Assembly (NCBI GenBank): GCA_026770705.1
Contig: JANJGN010000004.1
Span: 69,192,001-69,256,000, forward strand
DNA: 64,000 nucleotides
Reading direction: 5' to 3'
From: Isurus oxyrinchus
Taxonomy: Eukaryota
Part shown: positions 24,223 through 38,107 of the stretch, one piece after another
How the letters are laid out: each line of letters opens with the position of its first letter
How positions within the stretch are numbered: the first letter of the stretch is position 1
Program-made: the position numbers and the translations under genes
Notes under the pieces: generated by a model
What the model was told of the DNA's origin: nothing
The model's input: the letters and a program-made list of their open reading frames with translations, nothing else
Databases searched by the model: none

Positions 24223-27200
24223 TATAAGACCGTAAGATGTAGGAGCAGAAGTAGGCCATTCAGCCCATCAAGTCTGTTCCACTTTGTAATGAAATCATGG
24301 CTGATCTGATAATCCTCAACTCCACTTTTCTGCCTTTTCCCAATCACCCTTGATTCCCTTACTGATTAAAAATCTGTCCATCTCAGCCTTGAATATACTT
24401 AATGACCCAGACTCTGCAGCCCTCTGTGGTAAAGAATTCCACAGATTGACTATCCTCTGAGAGAGGAAATTCTTCCTCATTTCTGTTTTAAATGGGCAAC
24501 CCCTTTACTCTGAGATTAGGCCCTCTGGTCCTAGACTCTCCCACAAGGGGAAACCTCTCAGCATCTACCCTGTCAAGCCCCCTAAGAATTTTATATGTTT
24601 CAATAAGGTCGCTTCTCATTCTTCTGAACTCCAATGAGTACAGGCCCAACCTACTCAATCTCTCCTCATAAAAAAATCCCTCCATACCCAGAATCAACCT
24701 AGTGAACCTTCTCCGGACAGCCTCCAATGCCAGTATATCTTTCTTTAGATAAAGGGACCAAGCTCTTCACAGTTTTCCAGGTGTGGTCTAACTAGTGTCA
24801 TGTATAGTTTTAGCAAGACTTCTCTATTTTTATACTACATTCCCTTTGAAATAAAGGCCAACATTCCATTTGCCTTCTCTATTACTTGCTGAACTTGTAT
24901 GTTAGCTTTTTGGGATTCATGCACAAGAACTCCCAAATCCCTCTGTACTGTAGCCTTCTACAGTCTTTCGCCATTTAAATAATATTCAGCTCCTCTATTC
25001 ATCCTGCCAAAGTGCATAACCTCACATTTTCCCATATTATATTCCATCTGCCAAATTTTTGTCTACTCACTTAACCTGTCTATATCCCTCTATAGGCTCC
25101 TTGTGTAATCCTCACCACTTGCCTTCCCACCTATTTTTGTGTCATTTGCAAACTTGGCGATTGTACATTCACTTCCCTCATCCAAGTCATATATATGGCT
25201 ATATTGTAAATAATTGAGCCCCAGCACTGATCCCTGTGGCACTCCACTAGTTATAGGTTGCCATCACAAAAATGCCCCCCTTATCCCAACTCTCTGTCGT
25301 CTATTAGTTGGCCAATCTTCTATCCATGCTAAAATACTACCCCCAGCACCATGGACTCTTATTTTATTAAGTAGCCTTGTGTGCGGCACCTTATCGAATG
25401 CCTTTTGGGAATCCAAATATGTTATGTCTACTGGTTCCCCTTTATCTATCTTGCTTGTTACCTCTTCAAAGAATTCTACTAAATTTGTTAGGCATGATTT
25501 CCCCTTCATGAAGCTATGCTGACACTGCTTGAATAGATTATGTATTTCTAAATTCTCTGCTATTACATTCTTTATAATAGACTCCAACATTTTCCCAATA
25601 ACAGATGTTAAGCTAACTGGCCTATAGTCACCTGTTTTTTGGCGCCCACCCTTTTTGAATAAGAGTGTTACATTGGCCGTTCTCCAATCCTCTGGGACTT
25701 TTCCAGAATCTAAGGATTCTTGAAAGATTGCTATCAGTGCATCAACTATCTCTGTAGCTACTTCCATTAATATCCTAGGATGCAACCCATCAGGTCCAAA
25801 GGACTTTTCAGCTTTTAACCCCACTAGTTTCCCTAGTAACTTTTCTCTAGAAATAGTTATTTTATTTATTTCCCCCCCTCCCCCTCCTGCTTTTGCCCCT
25901 TGATTATTTAGTATTTTTCAAATGCGACTAGTATCTGTTACCGTGAAGACTGGAGCAAAGTTTTTATTCAACTTCTCTGCCATTTCCTTGTTCACCATTA
26001 TTATTTCCCCAGCTTCATTCTCTAAGGGGCCTATGTTCATTTTGGCCTCTCTTTTACTTTTTATATATATTTAAAGAAGCTCTTACTGTCCGTTTTTATA
26101 TTACTTGCTTGCTTACCCTTAAAGTTAATTTTCTCCCTCTTTTTTTTGGTCATCATTTGTTGTTTTTAAAACTTTCCCAATCCTCTGGCTTACCACTAGT
26201 CTTTGCCACATTGTATGTTTTTCCTTTCAATTTGATATTGTCCTTAACTTCCTTGGTTAATCATGGTTGGTTTATCCCCTTCCTTGAAACCTTCTTCCTC
26301 ACTGGGATAATCTTTGTTGTGAGTCATGAACTATTTTCTTAAACATCTACCATTGTTCATCAACCGTCTTTTCTGTTAAACTGCTTTCCCAGTCTACTCC
26401 AGCCAACCCTGCCCCCATTCCATTGTTTCCCTTATTTAAGTTTAGCACAGTTGTTTCCGACCCAAGTTTCTCACTCTCAAACTGAATGCTAAATTCTACC
26501 ATGTTATGGTCACTGTTTTCTTGGGGATCCTTTACTCTGAGATCATTTATTAAACCTGCCTTATTACATATTACCAGATCCAAAATAGTCTGATTCCTGG
26601 TTGATTCACAACATATTGTTCTAAGAAACTATCCCAAACATACTCTATGATTTCTTGTTCGTGTCTACTTCTGCCAATTTGATTTTCTCAATCTACATGA
26701 AGATTAAAGTCACCCATGATTAATGTACTGCCTTTTTTACATATCCTCATTATCTCCTGATTTACTCTCTGTCCTACAGTATAGCTATTGTCAGGACCCC
26801 TATAGACTATTCTCACCAGTGTCTTCTTCCCCTTGTTATTCCTTACCTCAACCCATACGGATGCTACATCTTCCGATCCAAGATCCTTTCTTGTTATCGT
26901 ACTTATTCCATCTCCTACTAACAAAGTTACCCCACCACTCTTTCCTTCCTGACTGTGCTTTCGAAAAGTCACATACCCCTGAATATTTAGTTCCCAGTTT
27001 TGATCTCCTTGCAACCATGCCTACATAATGGCTATAAGATCGTATCCATTAACCTCTATTCGTAACATTAATTCATTTATTTTGTTCTGAATAATACATG
27101 TATTTAAGTAAAGAGTCATTAATTTTGCCTTTTGAACATTTTTATCCCCTTTTGACCCTACCTGCTGCTTTTTTTTTATATTTGCACACTCTGTCCCTTC

Positions 27201-27401
27201 CTGTCCCACTCTGGGTAACATTACCCAGAGCTGCCAAATAGCTGCCTTGTAATGCTGCCATATCCTTTTGCTTTGTAAGCCTACATGTCCTCTTTCCAGA
27301 ACCCTTCACACCACCCCACCCCCCCATTTAGTTTAAAGCCCTCTCTGCAGCCCTAGTTATTCGGTTCACCAGGACACTGGTCCCAGTACAGTTCAAGTGA
27401 A

Positions 27402-27807
27402 TAAAAGCAAAATACTGCGGATGCTGGAAATCTGAAACAAAAACAGAAATGCTGGAAAAACTCAGCAGGTCTAACAGCATCTGTGGAGGGAGAAACAGAG
27501 TTAACATTTCAAGTTCATATGGCCCTTCTTCAGAGCTGAAGAGAAGTGGAAATGTGATGAAATTTATACTGTTTAAGGGGGGTAGGGCAGGTGGAGCTGG
27601 ATAGAAGGCCAGTAATAGGTGGGGACAAATGAGGGACTGACAAAGATGTTATGAACTAAATGACAAAGGGCGTGCTAACTATCAGCACCTCTTTTAGCAT
27701 TAACCACTATCATTAACACACTCTTAGTCCTTTAGTTCATTACATCTTTGTTATATGGACTCAAAACGTTAACTCTGTTTCTCTCTCCAGAGATGCGGCT
27801 TGATTGC
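27402..27807. mobile_element. Non-coding miniature PLE made of two inverted pLTR fragments
   Basis: Left end is homologous to 13011-13146; 27716-27750 and 27757-27800 are inverted copies of left-arm segments; TSD ACAGTTCAAGTGAA (27388-27401) / ACAGTTCAAATGAA (27808-27821). Confidence 0.85.
27499..27537 (-). ncRNA. Degenerate hammerhead motif in the mini-PLE
   Basis: Minus strand AGCT-CTGAAGA-AGGGCCATATGAACTT-GAAATGTT-AACT; canonical CUGAAGA core with decayed stems. Confidence 0.55.
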
Positions 27808-28919
27808 ACAGTTCAAATGAAGCCCATCCCACCAGAACAGTTCCCTTCTACCCCAGTACTGGTGCTAGTGCCCCATGAACTGAAACCCATTCCTTCCACA
27901 CCAATCTCTGAGCTACGCATTTAACTCCTTGACTTTATTTACCTACCCCAGTATGCCTATGGCTCAGGTAGCAATTCCAGAGATTATTACTTTGGATTTT
28001 AATTTAGTTCTTAACTGTTCAAATTCTTTCAGCTGAACCTTCTTTCTAGTCCTAACAATGTCATTGGTACCAAGTTCCAAGCAGGAAAGGGGTCCAGTGG
28101 GGTGGTTGCCCATGTGAACATGCAATGAGAGGTCTGCAGAGTTGATGACTGGCTCCTGGGGAGCGAGCTAAGAATGGGCATGGTAGGAGAGAATGGTGAG
28201 AATGACCAAGGGCAGAGTGAGGTGAAAGGGTGGGAGGGTGAGGGTGAGATGGTATTGGTAGAAGGGACGGCGAGGGTGGTTGGTGGGGACTCAGGCAGAC
28301 ACGGACTCTAAGGGTAGGAAGGAGAAGGTCGGGTAGGTGAATGTGGATGGGGGTGGAATTTGCGGGAAGGTGGGGAATATGCACGATCACCTGGGCATCC
28401 CTGAAGGAAAAGGATTCTGGCTGGTAGGTAACAGTCGGGGGGTGGAAGGTGATGTCATGGGGTCGACAGTGATGGGGGACCGGAAATGGGTGACGGGGTC
28501 TCGTGGTGGGCGAGATCAGGTGCTGCATAGGAGTGTGATTAGTGGGTGGGCAGAGATGCAGGTCAGCTCAGATGGACAACTGAAAGAGAACCCAGCAAGC
28601 AGCATTGAAAATGCTCAGGGCATTGAGATGGATGTGATGGGGGAAGGATCCGCATGCGTGGAAGAGGGCGTGAACAAGGCTCCGAAATGCCCTGCCACAC
28701 ACACGCTTCTCCCTCCAGAGTCACTCGTGGGCCGGGCTGCATGCAGCTGAACTGCTAAGGTGGGTGAGGGGCTGTTGGGGAGGGTGCAGGCGACTGACTT
28801 GCAAAGCCTGTCACTGAAGCTGAAAGACACCATTATCCAGTGAAAGTGAATAAATTTTCAAATTTTAAAGTGACAAAATGTGTTCGCCCATACAACCAAC
28901 TGTGATCAGAATTTCTTAA

Positions 28920-30623
28920 CTTTTCTATGCCTTAGACTTCTAGGTGCTGCCCTGATATCCACAGCAGTGGTGGAGACAGCCTGTGCAATGGTTGGCCCTG
29001 TTGCCTCTGATGACTTCGGTGTGGGTCCTCCATACTGCCAAGGCCTTGAGGGCCCCGGCTTGCTTTGGCTGTCCTCTTGTAGGCCTGCTGCTCCGTCTGC
29101 AGTGACAGAGGACGAGGTTGAGGGGATCACAGACAAAAGGGACTCAGAGGAAGAGGATAGCCTCTGAGATTCCTGATTAGATGTCCCAGGGGTGTCCAGC
29201 TGCTGCTCCTCCTCCCTTTGGGTGCCCTAGGGTCCCGGTCTGACTCCTTAAGGGGAAGGAGCACCTGGAGTGACATTGAGGTGCCCGTTTCCCTCTCCCT
29301 CTGGCACTGCAGGAACTCACCCATGGCTACTGCGATGTAGTTCTGCATACTTCTCCATGTTCTGCTGGACCAAGATCTCTGTTGTGTCCACCATCCTTAC
29401 CATGGAGACCTCCATACACGCACATACAGGCACCATGTCATCAGAGAGCAGGCCGTCGCACTCTTCTGACTCGTGAACCACTCTGTTGAGGGCTTTCAAC
29501 AGCTCTGTGTGATGCTCCCCTGCCTTTTGCTGACTCTCCACGATGAGTAGGAAGGCCAAATCCAGAGGCCTATCATATGACTGACCTCACAGATTCCTCT
29601 TCCCCAGCAGTCCTCCGAGTGCAGGGGAGCTCAGCTGAACATGCCTCCTCCTGCTGTGGACATGTGTCCATACGATGACCACCAGATTGTGAACTCAAGC
29701 CTGCTCTAGAACTGGGTCTCACCAAGGTGTGTGTCTCTGCACTGGTGCAGTGTGTGGGTATGCGCTGTGATGGGTCTTCCAGGCTGCTTATTTCCAGCTC
29801 TTCAATGGAGGAGGTTTCCTCTTGGCTGGGGGTGAGGACCTGAATGGAGCTGAGGGACTGGCTGACTGAAGGTGTTGGTCACTTGTCAGAGCTCCCTGTG
29901 AATCAAAGTAGAGATAATTAGTGCATGGCAGCGCAGTCAAAAGCAGGAGAGAGAGTACTCTCAGTTGTGTTGAGAGAGGGATGATGCAGGATCCTCATGT
30001 GGGTGTTTACCGCAGACCTCACCGTCACCGCAGGCACGATCCACATCCTCATCAGTCAGTGCGATGGCATGCCCTTCAAATCGAGGAAGGAGTCTAATGT
30101 GGGCCACTCCACCCCCGCTCTTGGACCTCTCCCTGCTGCTTTGAGCCAGTCTCTCCGGCATGAACACAGGTGAACAGAGTGTGAGCAGGATGCATGGAAT
30201 GTTGGTGTGGTGAGCGGAGCCATGGGCAGGATGAGGAAGCGAGCTCTAGAGGATATAAGCCTGATGGAGATGTGAGGAGGTGTGTGAGAGTTAGCGGTGT
30301 TGTCCCTTGAGGTGTGAGATCCCTGCGGATGTGTGATGGGTTTGTGAGTGTGTGAGTTGACAGTGATGACAAGAGTGACTTACCCTGGCGGGACAGATGA
30401 CACCATTCATCCTCTTGCGGCACTGGGTAGTGGTCCTCTTTTGCAAGGCATTGGCGCTGACCACCGCTGCCAGTGCTTCCCATGCTGGATTGGTGACTTT
30501 GCTTGCTGGTCTTTGCCAGTACAGGGCTGAGGACATCACAGTGGGAAACCACCACGTCCACAAGGCGCACAAGGGACGCGTCATTAAACCAGGGTTTACA
30601 GTCTTTTTGCCTTTCAGGGCCAT
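28920..30623 (-). pseudogene. Harbinger Myb/SANT-like gene, three exons, disrupted
   Basis: PASKVTNPAWEALAAVVSANALQKRTTTQCRKRMNGVICPAR followed by a GTAAGT donor; same exon layout as 62061-63760. Confidence 0.8.
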
Positions 30624-31819
30624 GTCTTCTTTGCAGTAGTCCTGGGCTGGAAGCACTGAGAGGTGTACGCGTGGCTACTTTAAATATGGCGCCCGTCATG
30701 AGGAAGTGGCGAGATGATGGCGCGCAAATGAGAGCCCACCCACCATCGAAACGGCGTGTTTCCTGGGAATTCACAATTAATGAGCCAGGATTGGGACGAT
30801 GTGGTGTGAAAAGCCACCATTGCAGCCAGTGGGAAAAACTTTCTTTTTCCCACCCACTACCCCACTAAATGTGGGCCGATTCTGCCCTATGAGGTAGGTG
30901 GCTTTACAGCACTGCTTATGGACCAGGAGGAGCAGAAATGTTTCCTCCAGACCCAACAAATCTGGACAATTCTACCTGTAGCTGCAGTTATAAATTAGGA
31001 AACGCAGCAGCGAATTTGCACACAGCGAATAGATAAATAACCAGGTCACTTGTTTAGAAGTGTTAGTTTAGGGCAAGGTAACTGGGTCGAATCTTCCTGC
31101 CCTTCTTCGATATAGGGCCACGGGACCTTTTACATGTCTTTTCACAGAAGTAGCTCTGAATTTGAAGCTTCAAACAGGTCAAAATATGGAATTAGATTGG
31201 ATGTGCGGCAGGAAACAAAGTAGGCCTAACTTAAGCTGTGTTTACGTCCAGCAAATCCTCATTCAATTGCAGAGCCAAATTTGAGCTGCACAAAAGCTGA
31301 GTACACAGCATTGGTGATTTTAGAAATGACAGAAAATGTGAGAGCGCAGGCACATTTATTGCCTTGCATGTACTGGAGTGTATCCCAATCATGAGTCTAT
31401 CATTCCCATTTTAGATCCTGATAAATCTGCCATGCATTTGAAACTTCTTGGGAGTAATTTTCCTCTTCACCCCTTGTGATCATCTGTTATAGAGCCCATT
31501 TCAGTCGTAAACACATAGGGGAGAATTTTCACATCGGCTTGCAGAGGCGGGCCCCGCACATCGACGTGTAAAATGACGCACAGTGACGTCGGGCACTGCA
31601 TGTCATTTAGATCCTTTATTTCGGAGGCGGCTGCACGCCCACCGAACTGTGAAAGGCCTGTTAAGGCCATTAAGAAGGGATCAGATGCTGATGGCAAAGG
31701 ATCAGGCGCATTTAAAGTTTCACGGCTGCGACTCCATGATATGAGCCTGATCGAAGAGCACAAGCAAGCTGCCCTCAGCCAGAAGGGAGCCAGGCATTCA
31801 CAGAGGCTGTGTGAAGATC

Positions 31820-33000
31820 TATGGAATGTCCTCACTGCATATCATCATCCTCCTCAAATCTAGCAGCTGTGAGGGCCTCCCGAGCATGCCTGCCTCGTCT
31901 GGCCACTGTGATGGCCTCTTCGTCTTCATCATCGCTTTCAAGGACCTCATCACCCTCATTCCTTCGACGTCCTCCTCATTGGAGGAAACATGCAGCCCCT
32001 CCATCTCTTCAGCCAGTTCCTCTCCTTGTTGCAGCACCAGGTGCAACGATGGAGGACACCCTCTGTGGACTATATTGCCGGGCTCAACCAGACTGTTCCA
32101 GGTCCGGAACCTCTTTTTCAGCATCCCGATGGTCTGCCACACCAAGTTGCGAGTTGCAGCATGAGCCTTGTTATACTTTCTCTTGGCTGCACACGGGTGT
32201 CATCAACCATCTACCCCTTGTCCCCAATGAGCCAGCCCTGCAGCCTCTGTGGACCCTGGAAGATATCAGGGGTCGTGGACTCTCCCTGGGAACCATGTGC
32301 ACATTTGCAGGATGTGTTTGTGGTGGTCGCACACCAGCTGAACATTCAGCGAGTGAAAGCCCTTGAGGTTGACGCACTCAATCACTTACTGTCACAGGGG
32401 TCTGAGCGTCACAAGTGCTGTAAATGGCACCCTGTACTTGTGGGAAATCGGAGATCTGGGCCAATCCCAGTGCTCTTGCTTCTTGGCTTTCTGGTCCCAG
32501 GCAAAATGCACAAAGTTGTGTGCCTTTGCAAAGTTTACATCCATGATCTCATGGATGCATTTGTGGATGGAGGCTTGCGATACCTCACAGAGGTCACCTG
32601 TGGTGCCCTGAAATGAGCCACTGGCATAAAACTTGAGTGCTACGGTCACTGTCATGGCCACGGGCAATGGATGCCTTCCTTGTCCCCATGCTGCCAAATT
32701 CTGCAGCAGCTGACAGATGTGACCGACCAGTGACTGACCAGTTCCCTAGACATGTCTTCAGAGACATTGATTCTCAGTCATCTGCAGGAATGAAAGGCAG
32801 CGTCTATAGGCCCTGGGTCTAGCTGGGCGCCAACCAGCAGCAGCTTACTGTGGCTCTTCAGTGGTGTGTGTGGGAGACCCAGTCACCCCTTCTTCCTGAG
32901 GGTGCTGCTCCTCCCTCTGCCCAGGCACCTCTGTTGCTCTCTTCTCATTCATCTCTACTCTCTGTACGCCACAAGGCATACAAATAGGTTACCAGATTCC
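31820..33000 (-). pseudogene. Harbinger (HARBI1-like DDE) transposase pseudogene
   Basis: ALKFYASGSFQGTTGDLCEVSQASIHKCI; [16 protein letters not shown]; GWLIGDKG; QTIGMLKKRFR; frameshifts and stops. Confidence 0.9.
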
Positions 33001-33080
33001 ACGCTCCTGCTGTACTCTTCCTGCAGCATGAAAGAGAGAGACGCATGGGTTAACTTGGGTGTACTGAGAATCTCTCTTGG

Positions 33081-33990
33081 TGTCATGAAACTACCATTTC
33101 TTTCCATCATATTTTCTGGTTTATTGTGAAGTAGGTTTATGGGGTTAAGTATAGGTGTGTCTGTGTGTAATTTAATTGCATTTTGTAGTCAAGTAGACTG
33201 CAAGCTTTAAATCATCAAAAGAAGCTCGGTGCCTGACATGCTAAAGAGTAAACGTGGATGCTGTTTAGCATGTAAGGCATGAAGGGAATTTGCATTTTTA
33301 GATAAATGAAGTGATATTTGGATTTCGAATGGATCTTAGTCTATTTAAAACTAGCCAGAAAAGCAAGGCTAAGGAATGTGTTTATTTTTCCCAAAGGTTA
33401 CTGGCAATATATAGTAGCAACATTAAAGTTTTTATGAGAAAGATACAATTTCAAAGATCTATGGAACAATAGAATTTACATATTAAAAATAGAGAAAAAC
33501 ATATATATGGGAGAATGAAAGGCCATGCAAGATCTAACAGGAGTATGTGAAATAGCCTTAACAAAGCCTCCAGCATTTGTGCACGAGTCTGCTATGTGCT
33601 GAACCTGAAGATTGGGGAAAACCATTTGAAATTCCACTGCCCAGGGTATTGTGTTAACTTGCTGAGTTTGTTTTAAATCTAAAATCTATTTTGGATCGTT
33701 ACCTTAAAACGGGTGGAACTGGGAGTCAGGTTAATTAGGACTTTTAAGAGTTATTATAGTAGTAATTAATTTGTAGTCTAATATATGTGCTTGAAATCTT
33801 TTATATTTTGTTAATAAATGTTTTAATTTAATTTTTAAAATACTCTAAAGTTCTTGGTGGACTTATTATTTCTGAATTCAGTGCACACATCTTGTAATAA
33901 ATACAAATTGCAAAACCATTGTGATGGCGCGACCAAGTTTCCCTCGTGGATTTGGTCCACCTGGCATGCATCATCTGCCATGTCATAACA
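33081..33990 (+). repeat. 5' LTR
   Basis: TGTCATGAAACTACC...TGTCATAACA; diverged direct repeat of 38108-39002. Confidence 0.95.
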
Positions 33991-36900
33991 AATTGGGGGC
34001 TCATGCGGGATTCTTGAAATTCCTTGATTGGTTTGGAGATGGTGAATCTTAAGGTTACGAATATGAGAAGAACATTACAATCCCTCATACCAACTCCTGA
34101 ATTCAAAGTGGTGAGACTGCAAAAATGACTATATCCATGGCTAAAACTTTTGGAAGTAGAAGATGTACAGTGATTGGGTTACACAATGTATCTAAGGGTA
34201 AGTTAACAGAGTTGGTGGATAAGTTGCTGTTGAGATTACCTGTAAGGGCAAAGAAAGCAGACATAGTTGAAGTGATGGCACAGCATTTGAAGTTGGAAGT
34301 GATACTTGCCACAAGTGAGTCACAGCTGGAGGTAGTGAGACTTCAGTTAGAAATGAAGAAGTGTGAATTTGAACAAGCAATGAAAATGAAAAAACTTGAA
34401 CTAGAGGCAGCAGAAAAATAAAGAGCAGAGAAAGAGAAAGGAAAGAGAAAAAGAGAGGGTATTTCAAAGAGAAATGGAAATGCAAAAACCTTACCTCCGG
34501 AGGGAAAAGTTAGCAATGGCGGAGGAGGAATAGGAGAAGGAAAGGGAAAGGGAACATGGGATTAAAAATCTGGACTTTGAAAAAGACCTCAGATACTGAA
34601 GAAGGTTCTGGTGATGAATAACCTTCAACACAAAACCCAATGGGGAGATGTTTAAATTTGTTCAAGCTCTTCCGAAGTTTGAAGAAAGGGATGTAGAATC
34701 ATTCTTTATTTCATTTGAGAAGATAGCGAAACAGATGAAATGGCCACAAGAAAACTGGACATTGCTTTTATAGTCTAGATAAGTGTGTAGAGCTCATGAG
34801 GTTTATGCTTCACTGTCAGAAAACAGTGGATTATGATGCAGTAAAAATGGCTATTTTGAGGGCATATGTGTTGGTTCCTGAGGCACACAGGCAGAAATTT
34901 AGGAATATAAGGAAACAGCAGGCAAACTTATCTTGAGGTTGAGAGTAAAACAAAGTAATTTTCACTGGTGGAAACAACATATGCAGTTCCTTGAATTCTT
35001 TTGGAAGAATCTAAAGCTTCAATTCCTTTGGTAGTGAGAACTCATGAGGTAGAACAGAGGGTTAAAATGGTAAGACAAGCAGCAGGGATAACTGGTGATT
35101 ATGAGTTGGTTCATAGATCTAAACCTTTTTCTCATCACTCTTTAAAATCAGAGGATAGAAAGTAGGAAGGTGAAAGGAAGGTAGGTGGTCAGGGAAGAGA
35201 AGGAGTAGTTGAAAATTCCCAGGAGGTTTTTTTTTCTCTCAGACTAAAAAGGAAAATGCTGAGGATAGAAGTGACACTCAAAAATTGAGGTATTTTCATT
35301 GTAATAAGGTTGGGCACACAAAGTCAATGTGTTGGAGGTTACAAGGAAAATATGTTATAATAATTGGAAGTACATCAGATTGTTTTACCATCTGGATATA
35401 GAAATGATATACTGAGAGTAGCTCATGAAATTCCAATAGGGGATATTTGGGAATTAGAAAGACAGGCAAAAATACAAAAACATTCTTATTGGCCTAGATT
35501 GCACAGAGATATAGTTAAATTCTGTAGAACATATCACACATGTCAGGTGATAGGGGAACCACAAGCAGCAATTAAGCTAGCACCTTTAATTCCAATTCAA
35601 GCATTTGAGGAACCTTTTACTAGGGTCATGGTTAATTGTATAGGACCCCTCCCTAAGACTAAAAGTGGAAATCAGTACTTGCTGTCAATAATGGATGTGG
35701 CTACAGGGTTTGCGGAAGCGATACCTTTGAGAAATATCACAGCAAAGAGAATTGTGGAAGTGTCAACCAAATTGTTTTACAAGATATGGTTTACCAAAAG
35801 AAATACAATCAGATCAGGGTTCAAATTTCATGTCACAGCTGTTTAAGGGAGTAATGAGCAGTTTGGGGGATAAACCAGTTTGAGTCAACAGCTTACCACC
35901 TTGAATCACAAGGGGCCTTGGAAAGATGGCATCAAATTTTAAAAACAATGATGAGGGCTTATGGTTGAAACTATCTACAGGATTGGGATGGGGGAATTAC
36001 ATTCTTGTTATTTGCTATTAGGGATGGTCTTAATGCATCAACGGGATTTAGTCCTTTTGAATTAGTATATGGTCATGAGGTAAGAGGACGACTGAAATTG
36101 ATTCATGAGAAATCGATGGGTCAAAATTCAGAAACTATTCTCCTAAATTATGTATGAAACTTCGGAGAAAGATTGAACAGAGCATGTGAGTTAGCTAGGG
36201 AACATTTAAAGATATCACAGCAAGTGATGAAAATGAAGACAGATAGGAGAACCGCAGCTTGTAGTTTTGTTGCTGGGGGAAAAGTGTTAGTTTAGTTACC
36301 AGTACTGGGTAAATCGTTAAAGGCAAAGTTTTGTGGGCCTTACAAGATTGAAAATAAACTGAGTAAAGTAAATTATTTAGTAAATACTCCAGATAGAAGA
36401 AAGAAGCAGAGGGTGTGTCATGTAAATATGCTTAAAAAGTGCTTTGACAAGGAAGAGGACCAAAAAGAGGTTTTAGTGATGGTAGATAACGAGAAAGGTA
36501 GAAATGAAGGATTCTGAAATTGATTTTCCTCTAATTAAATTGGATAATGAGGGGGTACTTAAAGATTTTAATGTAATATTGAGTTAACTTCCAGACATGT
36601 GTGAAAGTGGTTTGGTGAAGCTATTGCAGTCACACTATTTGTGGAAATAAGCTGGGGAGGACAAATTTAGCTACACATGATGTGAGGGTAGGGGATTCAT
36701 TTTCGATATGGCAACATCCTTATAGATTAAGCGAAGTTATTACAAATACAGAAAGAAATTGAATTCATACTTCAAAATTACATCATTGAGTCTAGTTGCA
36801 GGAACTGGAGTTCGCCCATTGTGATGGTACTGAAACCGGATGGAACACCAAGACTGTGTCCGACTATCGGAAGGTGAATGCAATGACAAAAGTGGATTCA

Positions 36901-38107
36901 TATCCTATACCATGGTTGGAAGATTGCATTGAGAAAGTGGGACAATCAAAGCTTATCACAAAGATTGATTTGCTGAGAGGATTTGGCAAGTACCATTATC
37001 GGAGAGGGCAAAAGAGATATCAGGTTCTGTGATGCCAGATGGACATGTCAGTTTAAAGTCATGCAATTTGGTTTGAAAAGTGGACCAGCAACATTTCAAA
37101 GACTAACAAAGTAATTGCAGGACTGAGCAATTGCGCTGTTTATATTGATGACTTGATAGTTTTTAGTCAAACATGGGAGGAGTATTACAACATCTGGAAG
37201 AGTTATTTAATGGACAGCAAGAAGCTAATTTGGTGATGAACTTAGCTAAAAGAGAATTTGCAAAGTACGCACATTATATATCTAGGCCATACCATTGGAT
37301 ATGGTAAGGTGGCTCTGAGAGATGTGAAAGTCAAAGCCATCATGGGTTTCCATGTGCCTACAACAAAACAAGAAGTTTTGAGATTTCTGGACATGAATGG
37401 GTATCACTGTAAATTTGTACCAAATTTTAGCAGTGCGGTTGCTCCATTGACTGAACTATTAAAAAAGAACAAGAAGTTTCAATGGACACAGGAGTGTCAA
37501 AGAGGCATTTGACAGTTTAAAAACTGTATTGATTATGACACCAGTTTTGGCAATACCTAATAATGCCAAGCAGTTTAAGTTGGCCGCTGACGCAAGTGAT
37601 ATAAGCATTGGTGCTGTACTGTTGCAAGAAGATGAAACTGGAATTGAGACACCAATAGGGTATTTTACACAAAAGTTGAACGTACATCAGAGAAAATATT
37701 CAACAGTCAAAAAGGAGTTTCTGGGTCTGGCATTGCAGCAGTTTGAGATTTATATTGCAAACAATTTATCAGAAATAATTGTTTACACAGGCCAAAACCC
37801 TTTAAAATTTCTGGACAGATTTCAAGTACGAAGCGCAAGGCTGTTCAGATGGAGTCCATTTAATTTACAGATTATACATGTCACTGGATGAGAAAATCTA
37901 ATTGCAGGTGCATTGCCGAGAGATTAAAGCTCAAAAGGGAAATTGGACACTGGATTGAAATGACCTCTGTTGATACAAAGGATTTGTATATATATTATGT
38001 TAAGGAATGTATCTGGTAATGTAATACTTTGGGTATTTCGATAAGATGGGTTAAGAAAATGAAGCCATCTTTTTAAATTATGGTTCTTTTTTTCTATAAA
38101 GAAGAGG

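Larger units (their letters stand above)
24224..28075 (-). mobile_element. Long decayed CR1 LINE (end of ORF1, endonuclease, RT, 3' UTR)
   Basis: Minus-strand translations YDLIAI, IMGDFN, SDHNMVEF, GPDGLHPRIL, YRPVSLTS, KAFDKVPH, RRFTRLI; 3' end at 24224. Confidence 0.92.
23128..30977. mobile_element. Harbinger derivative A (Myb/SANT gene only), inserted in a SINE and carrying a nested CR1
   Basis: Left TIR GGGCAGAATTTT at 23128; 23128-23400 is homologous to the reverse of 39850-40104; TIR-like ends at 30887 and 30977; GTA on both flanks; host SINE stops at 23127 and resumes at 30981. Confidence 0.75.

Noticed and set aside
31820-33000. Domesticated HARBI1 gene
   Set aside because: Multiple frameshifts and stops, enclosed by TIRs and a TSD.
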